Shown piece after piece: positions 1-13,447 of a DNA stretch of 64,000 nucleotides. Made by a program: the position numbers and the translations under genes. This DNA is from Adineta vaga (lineage: Eukaryota; Animalia; Rotifera), in assembly GCA_021613535.1 (NCBI GenBank), contig CP075493.1, positions 5,146,001-5,210,000 of the forward strand, written 5' to 3'. The stretch's first letter is position 1. Every line of letters starts with the position of its first letter. A model generated the notes under the pieces. It had not been told where the DNA came from. It did no database searches and worked only from the letters and a program-made list of their open reading frames with translations.

Positions 1-494
1 AATTTTAAGAAAGATTTTTGTCTAATCAATCGTATACAAACAATCGTGTGTCAATTTCTTCAATGAGAGAAAAGGAAATAATAGTTCAGTCGGGAAAAGA
101 AGAAGGAAAAAAAGTAGCTTTTCACGCAGCAATTATTTACTCTCTAAAGAACAAAGAGAAAAAAAAGCGAGTTTTTCTTTTCATTCAATTCACTAATAAG
201 TACTGTTCAAGATTTTGATTCATTTATTTGAAAATTATAACTTTACTACCAATAAAAATCGATGCAACGAAAGATATAGTGTAGACATGTATATGACATG
301 CCAATAATAAAAACGATGGTGACAATGGTAATATGGGCTCAGAAGAAACAAAAAATTCACTAGTCTATACCTCAACGATATTTCGTTTTCTGTTCTGTAT
401 ACTTAAGTAGCGTTATTGTGATTTTGATCGACGTCATGCCGATATAATATAACAAATCTATAAAGAAGAGAAGAAGAAGAAGAAGAAAAGTACG

Positions 495-2703
495 ATGTTG
501 AAAGCAATAACGACAATCACAAGTTTAACTATAATTTCAGTTTATTTCATACTTCTTTCTCTGACTTATCCATATGTATGTTGGTTTAAACATCGACCAC
601 CCAATGATGATGATTATTTACCACCTCAAATTGCGAAAATTATTAATAGACAAAGAACAAAATTTTGCTCCAAAAAGTATCCACTTAGTCTCATGCCAAT
701 GCCGTCGAAAATAATTATATCCGAGATGCCAAAACTATTCATATTCCTTCGATTATTCGCATCAAAACCACATGTTCTCTAACATTTCCAACGTTAAATT
801 CATCAGAAAATGCTTCATTTATTCTATCAATTGATTATGAAATCGACATGAAAAATAATTCCTATCCCGATTTGGGTATCGATGAATCCTATCAATTGAA
901 TATAACTTCAGAAAATGATGCTTTATTAGTTGCTAAAACATATGTCGGTATTATTCGTGGTCTTTCAACATTTCAACAATTACAATATCAAAAAGAAATA
1001 CCTATTCCACTTTCAATTCATGATCAACCACGCTTTATTTGGCGTGGTTTAATGCTCGATGTTGCACGTCATTTTATTCCAATATCAATGATTAAACAAA
1101 CAATTGATTTAATGAAACTTGTCAAAATGAATGTTTTACATTTACATTTAAGTGATGATCAAGGTTTTCGCATGGAATCGAAACGATTTCCATTACTTCA
1201 TGATTCATTGCTATTCTATTCACAATTAGATATTCGTACTCTAATTGAATATGCTCGAGTACGAGCTATTCGTATTGTACCTGAATTTGATATACCAGCA
1301 CATACAGCTGCATGGTTTGTTGGTTATCCACATTTAGCAAGTAGTCAAAAACGTTCGTATCAATTAGGAAAAACCTGGGGTGTTCAAAATGCCACGATGG
1401 ATGTCACTCGTCAAAGTACATATGATTTTCTTGATCAATTCTTTGCAGAAATGACACAAGTATTTCCGGATAAATATTTTCATATTGGTGGCGATGAATG
1501 TGTACCTTATGAATGGATACAATCGGAATCGATACGAAAATTTCTTCAACAAGAAAAATTGTACAGTCCTCAAAATTTACAAGCATATTTTACAAGACGA
1601 GTAGGAAAATTTCTAGAAAAATATAATCGTACGTATCTTATAAAACATAATAATTGATTGTGCATATATCGTTTTTCTTAGGTACAATGATGGGTTGGGA
1701 TGAAATTAGTACAGGAGATCTATCTAATCAATCTCTAATTCAATCATGGCGTAGTCGAATATCTCTCATAGATGCTGTTCATCGAGGTTACAATGCAATT
1801 CTGTCACATGGTTTCTATCTTGATCATATGTCACCAGCTAGTTTTCATTATAGTAATAATCTACGATTTGATTTTATGCTCAAGAAATCAGAACAAAAAC
1901 GTATTCTTGGTGGTGAAGCTTGTTTATGGACGGAATATATTGATGCAAATATGACACATTCTCGTCTTTGGCCACGAACAGCAGCTATTGCTGAACGATT
2001 ATGGTCATTTCAATATGATCAAATTGAATGTATGTACGATCGACTTTATCAATTAGATAAATATATATTTCATCCAAATGATGAACAATATCGAGAGAGT
2101 TTATCTAAATTCGCATCAAATGTTACTGCTTTGAAATTACTCGCAGATCTATGTGAACCATTAGGTTTACATGGACGTGATCAGAAACGGAACTATACGA
2201 GTCAAACTCCATTGAATCGTTTTGTCGATTTTCTACGACCAGAAAGTGAACAAACTCGACAATTAATAAAAATAACAAATATTTCAATATTATATTCAAC
2301 ATTTCTCTCGTGGAAAAGAAATCAATTCTATATAGATTCAAATGAGACAGAAATTTTACAACTTTCAGAAAATCTCATTCAATTAGGTGATATTGGCATT
2401 CGTCTATTGAAATTAATCGATAAAAATCAAGAACAAACAATCGTTTCATCTCGATGGTATTCTTATCAATTATATCTATTAAAAACATTAGAATATCAAG
2501 TACCAGAAATACGCTTAGCCGGTGTACGTGTTATTAAAGATTTACTTGAACAAATTGATTATTGTGCATTTGATTTCATTAATCTTAGTCTTCTTTTGTT
2601 TTTTCCATTGATTATTATTATCGTACAACGAATTAGTTTTATTCGACGACGTTTACTTTTACCATGTTTACTGTATTGTTTTCACAAATGTGCCCATTTG
2701 TAA
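495..2703 (+). CDS. Beta-N-acetylhexosaminidase (GH20), bacterial-type, one intron (1629-1681), apparent 1-nt frameshift near 720
   Basis: GH20 motifs LMPMP, DESYQL, WRGLMLDVARHF, HLHLSDDQGFR, PEFDIPAH, catalytic HIGGDE, MMGWDE, GGEACLWTE, WPRTAAIAERLWS. Intron GTACGT...TTAG joins KYNR/TMMGWDE in frame. Hydrophobic segments at both termini. Confidence 0.92.
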
Positions 2704-2770
2704 AGTTAGATCTTTTAGAAAATTAAATAAATATTCATTTCAACAATAAAACAAAATACATCTAGATTTA

Positions 2771-3349
2771 TTATTCATCACATGTATACAGTCGTGCACG
2801 AATACGTTCATGAACAAATTCATCTGTTAAATTCCAACCCCATTCAGGTAATAATTGTGGTCGTTTATGTGGAGTTAGAATAATCAATTTTTTTGCAATA
2901 AAACGTAATTGAATCATTACAAGTGGTAAATACGATGGTAAAATAAGATGAGCAGCAAAACTACAAATAATCACATCATAGATTTCATCTTCACTCTCCA
3001 GACAACCATCAGCAATTTGTTCGAATGTCCATTTACCATGAATAGGAGTACCTAGACGTTTTTCATATGCTTCACTTGTATAGGGATCAATTCCATTGAT
3101 CGATTGAAAACCTAATTGACGAAGAATCAATGTAATTTCACCACTACCACATGCTAAATCAAGAATTCGATCTGTAGGTTTTAAATTCCATTTTTTAACA
3201 AGTTGACCAACAATAGTAGTTAGACGATCTTCATGTGGATTTCGATAATCAGCACCGTATTGACTATAATATCCATTGACACCATATTTTTCATAGGCAT
3301 GTCGAATAGCAAATTCTTCGTCATCTTTATCATCATCTTCATTTGACAT
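2771..3349 (-). CDS. Class I SAM-dependent methyltransferase, intronless
   Basis: Motif I ILDLACGSGE, GIDPY, YDVIICSFAAH; likely ATG at 3349 (MSNEDDD). Confidence 0.88.
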   Translation of the reverse strand: MSNEDDDKDDEEFAIRHAYEKYGVNGYYSQYGADYRNPHEDRLTTIVGQLVKKWNLKPTDRILDLACGSGEITLILRQLGFQSINGIDPYTSEAYEKRLGTPIHGKWTFEQIADGCLESEDEIYDVIICSFAAHLILPSYLPLVMIQLRFIAKKLIILTPHKRPQLLPEWGWNLTDEFVHERIRARLYTCDE

Positions 3350-3569
3350 GATTGATTTCTCGTTACTTGCGATTTGCGAAAGAAAAGGAAAGGAAAGGGA
3401 ACTACACAGGATGATGATATAGTTGGGTATTCGAATACATGAATCAGAAGATGGATTGACAATAGAGGACACTAGTTTATTTTTTAATTATATTCATTGA
3501 TATACACTAAGAAAAATACGACAATATGTAATAGTAAAATAGAATAAAAGAAAAAAAATATATGATGAA

Positions 3570-4010
3570 CTAATAAGTTTCATTTAACATATTTTGAAGT
3601 GCTTCAATATAATCGACGGCTGCACGAAGTGTTTGAACTTTGGATATTCGAGATGAATTTCTTGTTGTATCATATTGCTCTTTCGTTTCACGTGATGTTG
3701 TTGAATTTGAATCAATAGGTAAAAGTTGTTGAAGTGTATAAAAAGCTTGATTAACATCTTGAACACGCAATCGTTCACGTTGATTGCGTCGTTGAACAAC
3801 ATGTTGAGGACGAAGATGATGTGGAATATGTTTTGATCGTCGTGATGATTTCTTTTTCGTATCAGTTGAATGAAAATTCTGATCAGATCTTGGATATATA
3901 TTTTCCATATATATGGATTGATTTTCATAATAATAGCAATCATAATAAGGTTCATATGAATAATCAGGTATATTGTTTGATATCGATTGCAAAGGTACTC
4001 GTGAAAACAT
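3570..4010 (-). CDS. bHLH transcription factor, achaete-scute-like, intronless
   Basis: VQRRNQRERLRVQDVNQAFYTLQQLLP ... RISKVQTLRAAVDYIEALQ matches the AS-C bHLH consensus. Confidence 0.85.
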   Translation of the reverse strand: MFSRVPLQSISNNIPDYSYEPYYDCYYYENQSIYMENIYPRSDQNFHSTDTKKKSSRRSKHIPHHLRPQHVVQRRNQRERLRVQDVNQAFYTLQQLLPIDSNSTTSRETKEQYDTTRNSSRISKVQTLRAAVDYIEALQNMLNETY

Positions 4011-5687
4011 ATTGTGCAGTAGTTAACTTAAAAAGAGATGAGTTTAAATATATCTCGGTGATTTCTTTTTCTCTCTCCCTCTCCCTCTCTCTCTTCTCAT
4101 TAATGAGCTAGAATTGATGAGATTTTAAATGTTTGTCTCTTTTTCTTCCCGTACGCGCATGTGTTGAGCAAAACAACAATTTCACACATACGCACATTTA
4201 CGAGCCTTGTAATTATTTCGGTGACATCACTCTGATCAGTTATCTTGAGAATGTATATGCATTACGATGAGATTATTGTCAATCATTAATGTGAAAGATG
4301 GAAAATCAAAAGAAAGAGGATGAATTTGATTTGCACATTCTTTGATCGTCATTCGATGATAGAATGGAAAACAATGTGTGATAATTATCTCAAGTGATTT
4401 AAAAAACGAAAAATGAATGCAACTATGTCTATAAATATGTAATAGTTGAGCAGGTGTTTTCTTCATTTCTCTAAATAGAATTTCGTTAATCATCACTGAG
4501 AATCTCGAAAAAATCGATTTCTAATGTAGTGTTTACATCAATAATAACCAAATAAACATATAGTATCTTCGATGTAATTGAGCTTATAATTACGTCTAAG
4601 TTCTATTATTGTCGATGTATTCTAGTTAGAATTTATTCATAAAAGATATCTATTCGACTTGAATTGAAGGTGTTGTGTTCGAAGTATACAAAGTGACACT
4701 TCAAAGGAAAGTGATTGATGGTCTCTCAAAGATCAGAATGATTATAGATTTTTGAAAACTGTAAAGAAAACGAATGTTATTTTTGACTTTTTCAATAGTT
4801 ATCAATGCATACATGTTTTCATTGTTTGTATTCGAATAATTAAAAGATATTATTCTTTATGGAGTGTTGTTAATTATCTGCTTATAGAAGCCTCAAGCGA
4901 TGTTTAAATTACACTAGAAATCAATATTCAAAAAGATAATGATGAGAACACATATATTCGTAAATAATATCTACACTGAAAAAATAATTCATAATTGTAT
5001 CATTAGTTTAATATATTCAAATTTTCACAACTAATTAACGTGTGATACTTCTGTCGACATTTTTTTCTTCTTCTAATGGCCAACTGTTAATCTATTAAAT
5101 ATATACACATATGTCATTCATATATATATGTAAAGAACAGGCAGATTATGTTTTCTTTCTGTTGTCTGTTCTTCTTCGTTGTTCATTCGTCAAATAAAGT
5201 TTATCATTTCTAGTCGAGATATCAAGGTCAAATGAATATTTTCTTCTTTTTTCCTCAATCCAGACAATTGTCTGTAATATCTATATTCTCTAACTGATTT
5301 TCCTAATAAAAAAACCATACGTAGTAAGTTATAGTTTTCTTCTTGAAAAGAAAATCTTTCTGAGAAAACGAAGAGATAATGTATGTCTTCAATGTTATTT
5401 CTATTGATAAGAATGCTGAAGGAAAAAAAGAAGAAGAAGAAGGAAAGATAGCTAGTGATATTAAGAATTTTCATCGATTGATTTTCCTTCTGTTATTCAT
5501 TCAACATAAGTATTATCTGGAATACTTCCGTTTCTTATCTTTGTATTAATAAATAATCATAGTATTTTGCGCATGTAATTAGCAATGTCCCTATTAGAGA
5601 ATGTTAGTGTTTCTTGCTGTTATTTGGAAGAAAAGAAGGAAATATTGAATTACTCTGTTTGTTTTCTTTTATACATTAGAAAAAAAA

Positions 5688-7011
5688 ATGCTACCAACAT
5701 CATCAACACCGAAAGATGAAATATATCCGTTAGGTAAATTTGTGATCGATCGTTCTTTTTCTTCTTCTTTATAATGAATTCAATTTTCAGCTCATATGCA
5801 TCCGACAACAACCAGAATGGATATTGTTACAAGTATGTGAGAATGAATCGATTGGGATCTTTAATAATCGTTTTCTATCTATTTATATTTAGAAGCCAAT
5901 CATAATATTGATATATGCACTTGGATTATAATTGGTTTTTCATATATTTTAATGATTGTTACATTTCCATTTTCATTATGTTTTTGCATTCGAGTTTGTT
6001 TTTATATTCTGTGTAATAACTATTCGTTATATTTTTCGTCTACATAGATTGTTCAAGAATATGAACGTGCAGTTATTTTTCGCCTTGGTCGAATTTTAAC
6101 AGGTATGCTTTCAATAGAGGATTGAATAGATATAATTCGTTGTTTTTCAGATGGTGCTAAAGGACCAGGTCTTTTTTTTATGGTACCTTGTATTGACAGA
6201 ATCATTAAAATTGATTTACGGACAGCAACATTTAATGTACCACCTCAAGAAGTAAAATGAATATTCTTCTACAAATCTCGTCAATATAAAACTACATTCA
6301 TAGGTATTAACACGTGATTCTGTAACGGTTTCTGTTGATGCAGTTGTGTACAGTCGAATTTTTAATCCAGTAAGTAGAACATTTTTTTATTAATTATGTA
6401 GGTTTACATGGTGTATCTTTTAGGTCATTAGTGTAATCAATGTAAAAAATACTCAATATGCGACACAATTACTTGCACAAACAACATTACGTAATATGCT
6501 TGGAACAAAGACACTTCAAGAAATTCTTAGTGATCGTGAAACAATTGCACATAATATGCAAGCGCATCTTGATCAAGGAACAGGTCCATGGGGTGTCAAA
6601 GTTGAACGTGTTGAAATGTATGTTTTCTCTCGTCTAATAATTCGAATAATAAAGAATTGGTGATTTTTCTGTTATTTCTAGTACGGATGTTCGATTACCA
6701 CACTCGATGCAACGATCGATGGCTGCTGAAGCTGAAGCAAGTCGTGAAGCACGTGCAAAAGTGATTGCTGCCGAAGGTGAACAAAAGGCGTCTCGACAAT
6801 TGAAAGAAGCAGCTGATGTTATCGCTACATCACCTATTGCTTTGCAATTACGATATTTACAAACATTAACACAAATATCAGCAGAAAAGAATTCGACGAT
6901 TATCTTTCCTATTCCTGGTTTGTTTGAAATCGAAAATCCGTTTCTTTTTAAATTTGGATTCTGTTTTTCTATTTAGTTGAATTTCTTAATCTAGTCAAAC
7001 ATCCAATGTGA
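5688..7011 (+). CDS. Stomatin/MEC-2-like band 7 (SPFH) protein, copy 1, multi-exon
   Basis: Spliced exons give [91 protein letters not shown]. Confidence 0.93.
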
Positions 7012-7386
7012 AGAAAATTATCAAATGAATAATACTCTTTTTGTGTGCTAGTCTTGTTGTTTATGTAATGAATAAAAAGAAAAAGTTGAATTTAGTTCTT
7101 CAGAATAGAACTATTTTCTCAATGACTGATGCATCCTCTTCATCTCAATATTTTCTTCACCTAGAAAGGAAAAAGAAACCTTCCTTTACTTTTCCGTAAT
7201 TGTCATTTGATGCAAACCTTTTTCTTTTTCAAATGTCATACCTACGTCAAAATGAAGAATAAAACGATGCTATAAAAGGAAAAATATAATTATCTCCGAG
7301 AATAATAAAGAAAAGAAAAGAAAATGTCAGGCGTCAGTTTATTTTTCATCGTTGAACTTTGATATGACAGTATAAAGTAGAGTAAG

Positions 7387-8725
7387 ATGGCAACAACAGT
7401 CGATTTAGTAGATGAAACTCGATCATTGAACAAGGAAAGTTAGTTGAATATGTTTTTTTTATCTCGATTGAAAAAATAGATAAATTTTTGCAATGAAATT
7501 TTTAGATCGTATTCATCCGATAAATACAACAACTGTATCTGATCAGACCAAAACACGATTCAGTAGATTATATGCCTATTAGTTGCTAGGGAAACTTTTT
7601 CTTTGTTGTAGGAAAAGAAGAAGAACCAGAAGAAACGACTAATTTTGATGCATGCGGTTGGATATTGATTGTCGTGTCGTATATTTTGGTCACATTGACT
7701 TTTCCTATTGCTGCATTCTTCTGTATTAATGTAAGTTTTGAGTAAAATGAGGTTCAGTGATATGCTGAGAATCTCATTCATTAGGTTGTTCAAGAATACC
7801 AACGAGCAGTTATTTTTCGTCTTGGACGAATTTTACAAGGTAAATCTCGATGTCAAACAATGATTCTATAAGAAAACTGACATTTAGGTGGTGCGAAAGG
7901 TCCTGGCCTATTCTTCATATTACCTTGTATTGACAATATTGTTAAAGTTGATTTACGTACAACTACATTCAGTGTACCACCTCATGAAGTAAATAGAAAC
8001 AATACACGTTTTAATTCTACATTTTATACAAATTTCTTAGATTTTAACACGCGATTCGGTTACAGTTACTGTTGATGCTGTGATTTATAGTCGTATTTTT
8101 GATCCAGTAATTGTCATCGATGAATGAATGATCATAAATATTCATTTTTTCTCTAGATTGCTAGTGTAACGAAAATCAGTAATATTGATTCTGCTACACA
8201 ATTACTTGCGCAAACAACACTACGTAATTTACTTGGAACAAAGACACTTCATGATATTTTAACGGACCGTGAAGGAATAGCAACGAGTATGGAAGCACAA
8301 CTTGTTGAAGGAACAGGTCCATGGGGTGTCAAAGTTGAACGTGTTGAAATGTATATCGACCATTTTTTCTATGAATAGTTTGAGAATGTTTTACTATTTA
8401 GTAAGGATGTTCGATTACCGCAATCGATGCAACGATCGATGGCTGCTGAAGCTGAAGCAAGTCGTGAAGCACGTGCAAAAGTGATTTCTGCCGAAGGTGA
8501 ACAAAAGGCGTCTCGACAATTGAAAGAAGCAGCTGATGTTATCGCATCATCACCCACTGCTTTGCAATTACGATATTTACAAACGTTAACACAAATATCA
8601 GCAGAAAAGAATTCGACGATTATCTTTCCAATTCCTGGTAAAAATTTTTGTTTTCTTTCAAATCTATTTCTACCGTATTTTGATCTTTAGTTGATTTACT
8701 ACAAGGTTTCAAACAAGGACATTAA
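7387..8725 (+). CDS. Stomatin/MEC-2-like band 7 (SPFH) protein, copy 2 (tandem paralog)
   Basis: Same motifs and matching intron positions as copy 1; ends [11 protein letters not shown]. Confidence 0.93.
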
Positions 8726-9042
8726 TAAAATTCAATGAATACTCATGATTAATATATTGATATTATGAATAATTGCTTTTCGTATTTTTTCGATTGTAAG
8801 TGTTGTAGTATATCAAGGTTTGAAAGTCTCGACATGATTATTTTATATTATTCATGCTCAAATGATTTTATATAATTGTTGTCGCGTCGTAGACTTTCGA
8901 ACAAGAAATTTCATCACTCTCATCTTTATTATTAATTGAAATTATGAAAAGTTTTCTTTACAAATAATCTGTGAAAATAAAAATCAGTCTCGAACACAAT
9001 TTCATCCCCACCGGTGATTGTTTCTCTTAAAATGAATTCACT

Positions 9043-10271
9043 CTATTTCATTGTATTAGTCGGAAGTGCAGAAGTTGATAAAAGTAAATATTCACTTGTT
9101 AACGTTTCACAACTTGATGCATCTGTTACAATTGTTGGTAATATTTTGGGCGGTATTTCATTCGATATTGTACTTATTAACGTTGGACATAAACTATCTG
9201 CACTTAATGTTGAATGACATGTTTGAGAATTGATTTGTTTCGTTGTTGGTATGGGTGATGAAATCGTTATCGATGTTAAATTTTCACAAGATGCTGTTAA
9301 ATTACGTTTAATATACGCAGCCATGAATACACGTTGTTGCTCTTTGGTCAAGGATAAACATTTGAATGTCATTTTACTAGACTAAAAAATCAACATTATA
9401 GGAATTTTAATCCACATGAAGACAAACAACACAAAAATTCTCATACCTTATTACGTACATGACCTTTACTTGAACAAACTTTTTCGAGAAAAACTTCTTC
9501 GTAAAGAAAAGGTCCAAGAAATGTGTAGACAAAAAATAAATTGCCAAATGCAAGAATAGAATTATTATTGATATAAAATGTTACTAATGATCGTATTGGA
9601 CTAAAGAGATATAAACATATCCATGTAATCGTTATAGATAAAGCAAGAAGACTGGTTAACAAGTAGATAAGATCATTTCGATAATTATATAAATGATATC
9701 GTATACTTGATTGAAATGAAAAAAGAAATAATAAGAAAAAATTCAATGATAATGAACAAAGAAATAAGGGTCGTGAACATTCGTTTGAACATTGATCAAA
9801 ACTGTCTTCATAATTATGATAATTGTAAAACCAAATAATAAGAATGCCAGTTTGAATTAAAATAACAAGAAGAAACAAAAGAAATGAACTCAATGAAATT
9901 AAATAGGTTTTTTTTGTTGAAGAATTCGCCATTTTAAATAACCATTGATGTGCAAAATGAATATTAAAACCAAGTAAAAGAAAAAACGGAAAAATCTGTA
10001 GGGAAATGGATTGAATTGTACAGATCCAATTTCGTGATACTTCAGGACGAAAAAGAAATGTCATTGAAGATAATAAAACGAGTAGAAGAGATAATTGTGA
10101 AATAAAAATATAAATTGTTGTTGATGAATGACGATGATTTCGTATATAAAATATCATATATGACAAATAAAGGATCAAACCAATGATAATAAGACCGATT
10201 AAACCATAAGATGGGAGATCAATTATGAAAATCGATGATGAAGAAGAAGACGACGAATTCGTGATACACAT
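9043..10271 (-). CDS. Multi-pass membrane protein, class C GPCR 7TM-like, no large ectodomain (exons 10271-9447, 9381-9043)
   Basis: About seven hydrophobic segments, FLFRP...C before TM3 and a Cys pair in the ECL2 position; phase-0 GT-AG intron leads to a Ser/Thr-rich tail. Confidence 0.6.
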
Positions 10272-11437
10272 GATTGAGAAAGACAACAAATCTAGAAGAA
10301 GAAATACTACTAAGTACCGATATTTTAGTAAATATGTACATTACGAGCGATAAAATAATTGTACGTCGTGATGATGACACTCGCGTACTAATGATACTTG
10401 AAAATGGTTCAACGATCGATGTACATATATATTTGTTCGATTTTTTTTCTCATTCTTTCTTTCGTTCGTTCTTATTCAACATTTTGTCTGTACTTTTATA
10501 CAGAACATATCTTTTTCTCCTTCGTCTCTCTCGCTCTCTGTGATGTTGTACAGTCGCCTCCTACTATCATTTTCGTTGTCGCTGTCTATGTCATCGTCGC
10601 ACGCCGAAGACAATCGTAAAAAATCGTCCATAGTTTCTCCTTCTCTTCGTTCACGTAATTTAACGCTTTTGTTCTTTCTTTCTTTCATTCTTTCAATATA
10701 CATTTGAAAATTTTTCGTTTGTTTTTTACTTAACAACACCTTAAATGAAGAGAAGTAAAGCTGCTAGTATATATACTGAATTACTACGTTTGATATTCCT
10801 CCTCTTTTTGTCTCTAGTACAAAAGGTTTCACATATATATATAAATCATTGTTTATACAACTCTAATCTCGAATTGTGTGTTTCGTAGAGGGTGAAGACA
10901 TAGAATGATTCATGAACGAAGAAAATATTCAATCGGTACCTTTTTTTGTATAACCTTGAGAAGTAGGAAAAAAAACGACGTCAATTGGTCAACTACTTTT
11001 TCTTACCTTGATTGTATAGGTACATGGAAAAGAGAAGTTACAATATAGGCGTGAAGAGTTGCTTTAAGGAAGAAAGAAGAAATGTGTGAAGGTAAATTCT
11101 CTTCAGATATGAACATAATAATTATAAATATTTATGATAGATACAAGTACTTTTTCAGAAGTGATCTTCAAATTAATTGTATAAATCAACAAAGGAAGTT
11201 TTCTTTTTCTCCTCCTTCTTTCTCTTTTTCTTTTTGAAAATAAAGCTTCTGTTACGTAATCGGAGAAGAATAAAGCTGCTTACAATTAATTTCCACATCA
11301 TACAAATGAACCTACTTTGGTCTTCTTAAAGGATTTAATCTTCTATATTAAACTAATCATTGTTATTCTATTGATAATGTTAGATTGATTTATTATGAAA
11401 GAAGAAAAAAATATGTTTTATTGTACAGATTAAATTT

Positions 11438-13447
11438 TTATCTATTTTCATTACAACAACCTGGATTGAAATACAAATCCTAAAATGAAAAGTATTGTTA
11501 TTGTTGTTGTTTTTTCCTGAGAAAATATTCAAGTTGTAAAGGATACTTACATGACGAAGATGACATTCGAAACAAGGCGTTTGAAATGGTGTAGATTCAT
11601 GAGCTGCAAATTTTTCATCCATAGTTCGATTAACCTGTGGATAAAGTTTGAGATGATTTTTGTAACTATTGATAATCTAATCTACTTACACAAGTAACCA
11701 TTCGTGCTAAATCATAATACCAAGCGGTTCGTGCAAAGACTGTAATTAACGATTGAATAAATATACTACCATCATCAGGCGAACGCCATGAAACATAATC
11801 TATAATACAAAAAAAAAGATCAACGTTGATTTTGAAGAGTATGTATCAAATCATGAAAATAACCTTTGACAGTTGAATACCAAATTGCCATATCACTTCG
11901 TATAGGTACCATTGTTGATCGATGACCACCACTATCAACAATAGTACGAGGATTTTCATTGGTAATACTATCTGATGACCAGATATTATTCGATCCGGTT
12001 GATAGAGAACGATTATTACATTGTGCTATAATAACATTTTAATCAGAACTATGGAATCTTCATAAAAGATTATTCTTACATCCTCGACATGCTTGTATAA
12101 TGAATAACTTCGGTTTTCCAATTAAATGATCATCAAATACAGATATAATATGTTCATCAACCTTCGAAATCAAAAACTATTTTTCTTATCTTCGACTTTA
12201 TTTTGTCTTAACTTACATTTAAAGCGAGTTCATCAACAGCATAAATAGTTCCATTTCCACCATGACTTAAAATAATCACTATCGAACAATCGCAAGATTC
12301 CTTCTTTTCTTCAATTAAATTAGCAAAATTTTCGATAACATTGATCATTTCCTAATAGAATAGAAAAAAATGTTATTTAATCGATAACAGAAAAGAATAA
12401 ATGTAACAAACTGTGTAGGTAAGATTTCGTCGAGGAAGAACAATAAAGCCGAGTTGTTCGAATAAACTTTTCAATTTACTTGCATCGACATCCGATCCTT
12501 GTCGAACTTCCATGGTTTTAAAAGCATCGACATTATTTATTAATAAACAATAACCACGTGGTTTACTTAACATTCGATAACACTAAAACAATTTTATCAT
12601 GAAAATCAATAATGAATGAATGACTAACCTTATTGGATCGTTTTGTTGGATCTAATTGTGGATATTGTTCAATAAGATCAGCTGTTAATAATTGTACTTC
12701 AAAACCCATAGGTACTTCATCTTCAAATTTAGTTACTTCAAGATTATTCAAATCATCAACTGAGATTTTATTATCAATCGATTCAATGTTAGTATCCATA
12801 TGACGTAATTGTTGATCTTCAATACTAGTTGGAACTGTTGGTTGTCCTCCAACAAGTGTTGGAAAATGATATTCAGCATCAAGTTGTTGACGAAGATTAC
12901 TCAGAAGAAAGTTTTCATCAAGTAATTGAACTAAATGTTGATTACCTAATGAAGATAGAAATGATAAATATGAGATAATAGATCGGTCTTCAAATACTTA
13001 CCAGCCAAATAGAGTGCTTCGATCAAAGGTTTAAATGCATGTTTACCTCGACTTAATACAAAATTTATTAATTCTCGTTTACGATCCTCAGGTACTGGAT
13101 ATTGCTATGAAAAAAGAATATTGTCAGCGATTACTGAATAGAATATGTATGAACTTACATGAAGAATTCGTGAACAAACAGAACGTGGTATTACTCCTAC
13201 AGATTCAAGGTAATCCATAACTTTTGTTGCTTGACACATAGAATAAATTAATTTATAACGATTTTTTGTGAGTTTTCTGATACATTCAGCATCGTCATCA
13301 TCCTAATAAACGTCATTATTTAGTTAATCGATTGAAAAGAAATAGATTACTTACTTCATTTTTAATATCATCTGTAGTTGTTGTAAGTAGAGAGTTTCTT
13401 TTAAGAAGTTCGATTAAAGTAAGAATTGAATTTTCTTGTTCAGACAT
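11438..13447 (-). CDS. Initiator-type caspase with N-terminal CARD-like domain, multi-exon
   Basis: KPRGYCLLINN, R.GSDVDA, ILSHG, KPKLFIIQACRG (about 12082-12118), SWRSPDDG, QTPCFE; N-terminal KNRYKLIYSMCQATKVMDYLES and SRGKHAFKPLIEAL are CARD-like. Confidence 0.92.

Noticed and set aside
4100-5600. Short ORFs upstream of the bHLH gene
   Set aside because: Low-complexity Phe/Ile/Lys-rich translations of AT-rich intergenic DNA with no motifs.
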